Source: an uncultured Bacilli bacterium
GTDB taxonomy: Bacteria; Bacillota_I; Bacilli_A; RF39; UBA660
Direction: 5' to 3'
Length of the DNA stretch: 64,000 nucleotides
NCBI GenBank assembly: GCA_947630495.1
Contig: CANRHS010000001.1
Span: 157 to 64,156 of the forward strand
The translations under genes were made by a program, and so were the position numbers. The notes under the pieces were generated by a model that was not told the origin of the DNA, did not search any database, and saw only the letters and a program-made list of their open reading frames with translations. Positions 60,694 to 64,000 of this stretch are shown piece after piece. The stretch's first letter is position 1. Each line of letters starts with the position of its first letter.

Positions 60694-61605
60694 CTAACTT
60701 TTTATTAATTTATGTACTTTTACATCTTCTTTCTGAGAGAATATATTATCTAACTCTAAAACTCTTTCTCTAAATAGTTCTAATAGATTTGTTGTTTCTT
60801 CTATTATATCATTAAAAATATTTTTAAGTAAGACTTCATCTTTATTATACAACCCATCGAGTAAAAAGAGAAGAGGGCTTTTTAAATTTTTTTCTCCTAA
60901 TAGTCTTAAAGTAAAGTCCATTTTATTAGTTGGAATAAGATAATTTGAGAAATTACAATAGTTCATAAGGTTATTTATAAATTTATTAACTGAATAAAAA
61001 CAGTTTTCATAGATAGTATCATCAGGCATCTTATCAGTATGGAAATTAAAGTTACAATCATTTTCTGTAATATCCCAGTTTAAGTATCTATATTCTCGTT
61101 TCTTTAGCATATCTATACAATAGTTAAGTCCTTCGTGACCATTTATAAGGTCATCTAATGTGAATCTTACATCTTGAAATCTTTTTAAAGAATCAATACC
61201 GGATACAATTCTATATCTTGTTCCATATTGATATTTGTGAGTTTCTGGTAGAAAGTCATCCATTTGGCTTTTTTCATGAATCATCGCATGGATTAAAACG
61301 TTTTTCTTGTCAGTTGACACTTTATGGTTAACTGGTCCAACTAAGCAGGAATAACCAACTTGAATTTCATCCGTTGATAGTTTTTCTGATAAAACTCCTA
61401 AAAAATGTTCAAAGTCTTCGATATCTTCTTTCGTAACTTTCTTAGAAATTACTCGGATATCATAGTCGTTATCAAGTCTATCTTGATAATCATCATGAGC
61501 CATTGAACCAACAACAAAAATAGTTTCTACATCCTTCTTGTTCATAAAATATAAAGTAAATGCTACATCAATTTTCTTGGTAACTGCTTTTAATTCATTT
61601 GTCAT
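60694..61605 (-). CDS. ANT(6)/AadK-family (Pol-beta fold) nucleotidyltransferase
   Basis: VGSMAHDDYQDRLDNDYDIRVI fits the GS...D.D NTase motif and resembles the ANT(6) block GSR...DEFQDYDITYFV as I recall it. Confidence 0.45.
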   Translation of the reverse strand: MTNELKAVTKKIDVAFTLYFMNKKDVETIFVVGSMAHDDYQDRLDNDYDIRVISKKVTKEDIEDFEHFLGVLSEKLSTDEIQVGYSCLVGPVNHKVSTDKKNVLIHAMIHEKSQMDDFLPETHKYQYGTRYRIVSGIDSLKRFQDVRFTLDDLINGHEGLNYCIDMLKKREYRYLNWDITENDCNFNFHTDKMPDDTIYENCFYSVNKFINNLMNYCNFSNYLIPTNKMDFTLRLLGEKNLKSPLLFLLDGLYNKDEVLLKNIFNDIIEETTNLLELFRERVLELDNIFSQKEDVKVHKLIKS

Positions 61606-61629
61606 ATTTAGCCTCCAAGATTAATATTA

Positions 61630-61655
61630 GCATATCCTTTTGTCGAAATTTGTCG
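61630..61655. promoter_or_regulatory. Three direct TTGTCG repeats at exactly 10-bp spacing, upstream of the nucleotidyltransferase gene
   Basis: ttgtcg at 61630, 61640 and 61650, 25-55 bp upstream of the RBS ggaggc. Confidence 0.4.
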
Positions 61656-61698
61656 GATTTTGTCGATTAAAAAAACTAAGTTTTTATCCTTAGTTTAA

Positions 61699-62016
61699 TC
61701 ATTTATTCTTTATTTGTTGCAAAAGAAATTCAAAAGCATATAATTCATTACTAATATAATCTGTAAAATCAGAAAATAAGTTATTATCATTTAAATCATA
61801 TACAATGTCAGAAACATGTTTTAATTTTTCTAAATTTATGCCAGAAATATTATTTTGATTTTTAAGAATGATTATAAATTCAGATAAAGTCTTTTTTATT
61901 TTTTGGATATTTTTCCAATCAACTTTTATATCAGAACTTGTGTCATTAGATAATGAATTAATTTTTTTAATTATATTATCTAAATGATAAATCATTTCTC
62001 TATAATCATTTGTCAT
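61699..62016 (-). CDS. Hypothetical protein
   Basis: 105-aa helical ORF. Confidence 0.3.
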   Translation of the reverse strand: MTNDYREMIYHLDNIIKKINSLSNDTSSDIKVDWKNIQKIKKTLSEFIIILKNQNNISGINLEKLKHVSDIVYDLNDNNLFSDFTDYISNELYAFEFLLQQIKNK

Positions 62017-62034
62017 AACCTAATTCCTTAAATT

Positions 62035-62670
62035 CTATTCCTCTTCTTGAACTGTTTCTTTAACTTCTTCTTTTGGCTTAATTACAACACATCTTCTTGG
62101 TTCTTCGCCAGTACTTTCTGTATAAACCTTTTTATTATTAGTTAAAGTATTATGAATTATTCTTCTTTCATAAGAATTCATTGGGTCAAGTTTTACTTCA
62201 ACTCCAGTTTTAGCAACTTCTCTTGCTATTTGCTTTGCCATTCTTTCTAAATTCCATTCTCTTTTTTGTTTATACTCTGAGACATCTAAAACAAACTTAT
62301 AGTTTTCTCCAATATCTTTTATTATACTTTGACGAACGATTGTTGTTAAGGCATCTAAGGTCTTCGCATTTTTACCTATTAAAACGGCATTGTTATCAGC
62401 ATAGATAGTTACATTTAAAGTTTCTCCTCGTTTTTTAACTTCCATGTTGATATTTAATCCCATATCAGAAGTAATACCTTTAACTAATTCTTTAATATGG
62501 TCAACGATATCTTCCTTTTTTATAACCTCGATTACACTTTTTTTATTAAATAACTTGGTGCTATTTTCAACTTCTTTAATATATAAATTTCCTTCTTGTT
62601 CCATTAAATCAGCCATAGCCATATTCTTGGCTTCTTCAAATGTTTTAGCTTGATATGTATACTTTTTCAT
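62035..62670 (-). CDS. jag: Jag/KhpB RNA-binding protein (KH + R3H)
   Basis: Conserved position downstream of yidC; C-terminal R3H-like NSYERRIIHNTL. Confidence 0.8.
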   Translation of the reverse strand: MKKYTYQAKTFEEAKNMAMADLMEQEGNLYIKEVENSTKLFNKKSVIEVIKKEDIVDHIKELVKGITSDMGLNINMEVKKRGETLNVTIYADNNAVLIGKNAKTLDALTTIVRQSIIKDIGENYKFVLDVSEYKQKREWNLERMAKQIAREVAKTGVEVKLDPMNSYERRIIHNTLTNNKKVYTESTGEEPRRCVVIKPKEEVKETVQEEE

Positions 62671-63683
62671 TTAACCCTCCTACTAACTAATAAGTTTTGT
62701 GCTACTGTAAATAAGTTTGTGGTAGCCCAGTAAATATTTAATGCTGATGTCATGAAGAATGACATGAATATTATCATAATTGTAAATGTATTGGTCATCA
62801 TCTTTTGTTGTTTTGCTAAATCGTCATTTCCTATTGCTTGGTCTTTGCTTGTTACTTTAAATGAGAAGTAAGTTGTTGCAGCAACGATTACGCTTAATAA
62901 CAAATACCAATAGTTACCATGTGCAAGTCCTACTCTTGGAGTTGTTCCTAAATGTAGGGTTAGGAATGTTCCTTCAAAAATTGCTGGCACTCTATTAATT
63001 GCTTCTAAGAATGCTATCAATAGTGGTAACTGAAGAAATGCAAGTAAGCAACCCGAAACTGGATTAATATTATACTTTTTATAAACCATCAACATCTCTT
63101 GACTTTTTTGCATCATGACTTCTTTATCATTTTGATCTTTCCGAGCATATTTCTTTTCAATCTTTTCCATTTCTGGTTGAGCTTTTTTCATATACTCAGA
63201 TTGCATTGCTGTTTTTCTGGTTACCGGATAAAGTATTAATCTAATTACTAAACTTGTAATGATTAATCCTAAGCCATAGTTTTTAGTAATTTTACCAAAG
63301 AACAAGATGACATAGGCTAAAGGTTTAACAAAGATTGTTGTCCAAAGTCCATCATATTTACCTGATGCAGGAGTAAAACTTTCACATTTTACTTCTTTTG
63401 TTTCCGTTTTAACGTTTCCTTCTTCATCCTTAGTTTCTACTTCAACTTTAACTTTATCACTTTTACAAACACATTCAGGAAGAGAATCAAGGTCAACATT
63501 ATTTTCCTCATATAACTTGATGGTCTCTTTATCAGTTGGCTTACAGACAATATTTTCTGTTAAATTCTGTCCTGTTACTTCATTAATTACGGCTTTCTTA
63601 TCCTTATCTTTTAATACCTTTGTACATCCGGTTGTTAACATCAAAGTCAGGATAAGCAGTAATAATACTTTTTTCTTTTTCAT
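62667..63683 (-). CDS. yidC: Membrane protein insertase YidC/SpoIIIJ (lipoprotein type)
   Basis: Lipobox LTTGC; Oxa1 core with C-terminal basic tail. Confidence 0.85.
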   Translation of the reverse strand: MKKKKVLLLLILTLMLTTGCTKVLKDKDKKAVINEVTGQNLTENIVCKPTDKETIKLYEENNVDLDSLPECVCKSDKVKVEVETKDEEGNVKTETKEVKCESFTPASGKYDGLWTTIFVKPLAYVILFFGKITKNYGLGLIITSLVIRLILYPVTRKTAMQSEYMKKAQPEMEKIEKKYARKDQNDKEVMMQKSQEMLMVYKKYNINPVSGCLLAFLQLPLLIAFLEAINRVPAIFEGTFLTLHLGTTPRVGLAHGNYWYLLLSVIVAATTYFSFKVTSKDQAIGNDDLAKQQKMMTNTFTIMIIFMSFFMTSALNIYWATTNLFTVAQNLLVSRRVK

Positions 63684-63709
63684 AAATCATATCCTTTCTT
63701 AAACTATTT

Positions 63710-64000
63710 TTAGTTTATCTTTTTCAATAAATATACCAAGTTATCTTCAAGAGTTTGATAATCCTCATTAAGACAACTCTTTCTTACTATTATAATATAA
63801 TCTTTCTGTTTTGAATAGAGATTTTTGTAATTATCTAAAATATTTCTTACTTTTCTTTTTAATTTATTCCTATTTACAGCATTACAGAACTTCTTAGGAA
63901 CGGATATTCCAAATCGGTAAACTGGATATTCAGAACTTTTATAATAAAGAATGAAATATTTGTTTTTTAAACAATCTCCTGTTTTAATAACATCATTAAA
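63710..64000 (-). CDS. rnpA: Ribonuclease P protein component, C-terminal portion (gene runs off the right edge)
   Basis: Translating the open minus-strand frame by hand gives ...EYPVYRFGISVPKKFCNAVNRNKLKRKVRNIL...LLKKIN* with stop at 63710-63712. RNR-type basic motif present. Confidence 0.7.
   Translation of the reverse strand, partial: FNDVIKTGDCLKNKYFILYYKSSEYPVYRFGISVPKKFCNAVNRNKLKRKVRNILDNYKNLYSKQKDYIIIVRKSCLNEDYQTLEDNLVYLLKKIN

Noticed and set aside
60694-61605. A cGAS/DncV-like CD-NTase of a CBASS system
   Set aside because: The GS...DYDI motif and flanking residues resemble ANT(6)/AadK-type adenylyltransferases more than CD-NTases. No adjacent effector (phospholipase, TM or endonuclease) is present.
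63690-64000. Alternative genetic code (TGA=Trp, Mollicutes-like) suggested by in-frame tca triplets in my first reading frame of the rnpA region
   Set aside because: It was a frame error on my part. The correct frame is open, and all large housekeeping ORFs in the window (leuS, mnmG, murA) are intact under the standard code.

Overview
This is an AT-rich (about 28-30% GC by eye), standard-code, low-GC Firmicutes chromosomal segment. It ends just short of the replication origin: rnpA(partial)-yidC-jag-[4-gene island]-mnmE-mnmG-rsmG-noc-[lipoprotein]-parA-parB-DUF951-abgT-ychF all run on the minus strand. Further left are housekeeping blocks: the secE-nusG ... rplK-rplA-rplJ-rplL cluster, leuS with a T-box leader, the cdaA-cdaR operon, PBP1A, and prfA-prmC with rpoE, murA, fba and rpmE. 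spoIIR and gerQ homologues suggest a spore former. Six things stand out against this backbone. (1) A type III ToxIN/AbiQ-like toxin-antitoxin: about 2.8 tandem 35-37-nt repeats, then a terminator, then a ToxN-like gene (578-1270). (2) A specialised ClpX paralogue that keeps the GYVG pore loop and an LGF ClpP-docking loop but has a novel roughly 250-aa N-domain. It is flanked by three paralogous two-TM membrane proteins, each behind a perfect TTGACA-17-TATAAT promoter (9.2-15.6 kb). This is the best candidate for an undescribed system. (3) A roughly 6.8-kb foreign insertion between nusG and rplK. It carries a recombinase-in-trio (RIT) element with three tandem tyrosine recombinases and 32-bp terminal inverted repeats. 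The RIT sits inside a degenerate, Asn-codon-rich duplicate of the 3' end of the adjacent SipW-type secreted gene. That gene has a GC-rich C-terminal DUF1566/C-type-lectin-like region, so the arrangement resembles a decayed diversity-generating retroelement VR/TR pair with no reverse transcriptase. A C8 homopolymer lies upstream of the gene, and a kinase-like gene is translationally coupled to nusG. (4) A Noc/ParB homologue carrying a roughly 320-aa N/Q/M-rich prion-like insertion. (5) A 4-gene island between mnmE and jag with duplicated palindromic terminator/operator modules and a phased TTGTCG x3 site. (6) Several small GC-rich structured islands and in-frame microsatellites. I found no CRISPR array, tRNA or rRNA.
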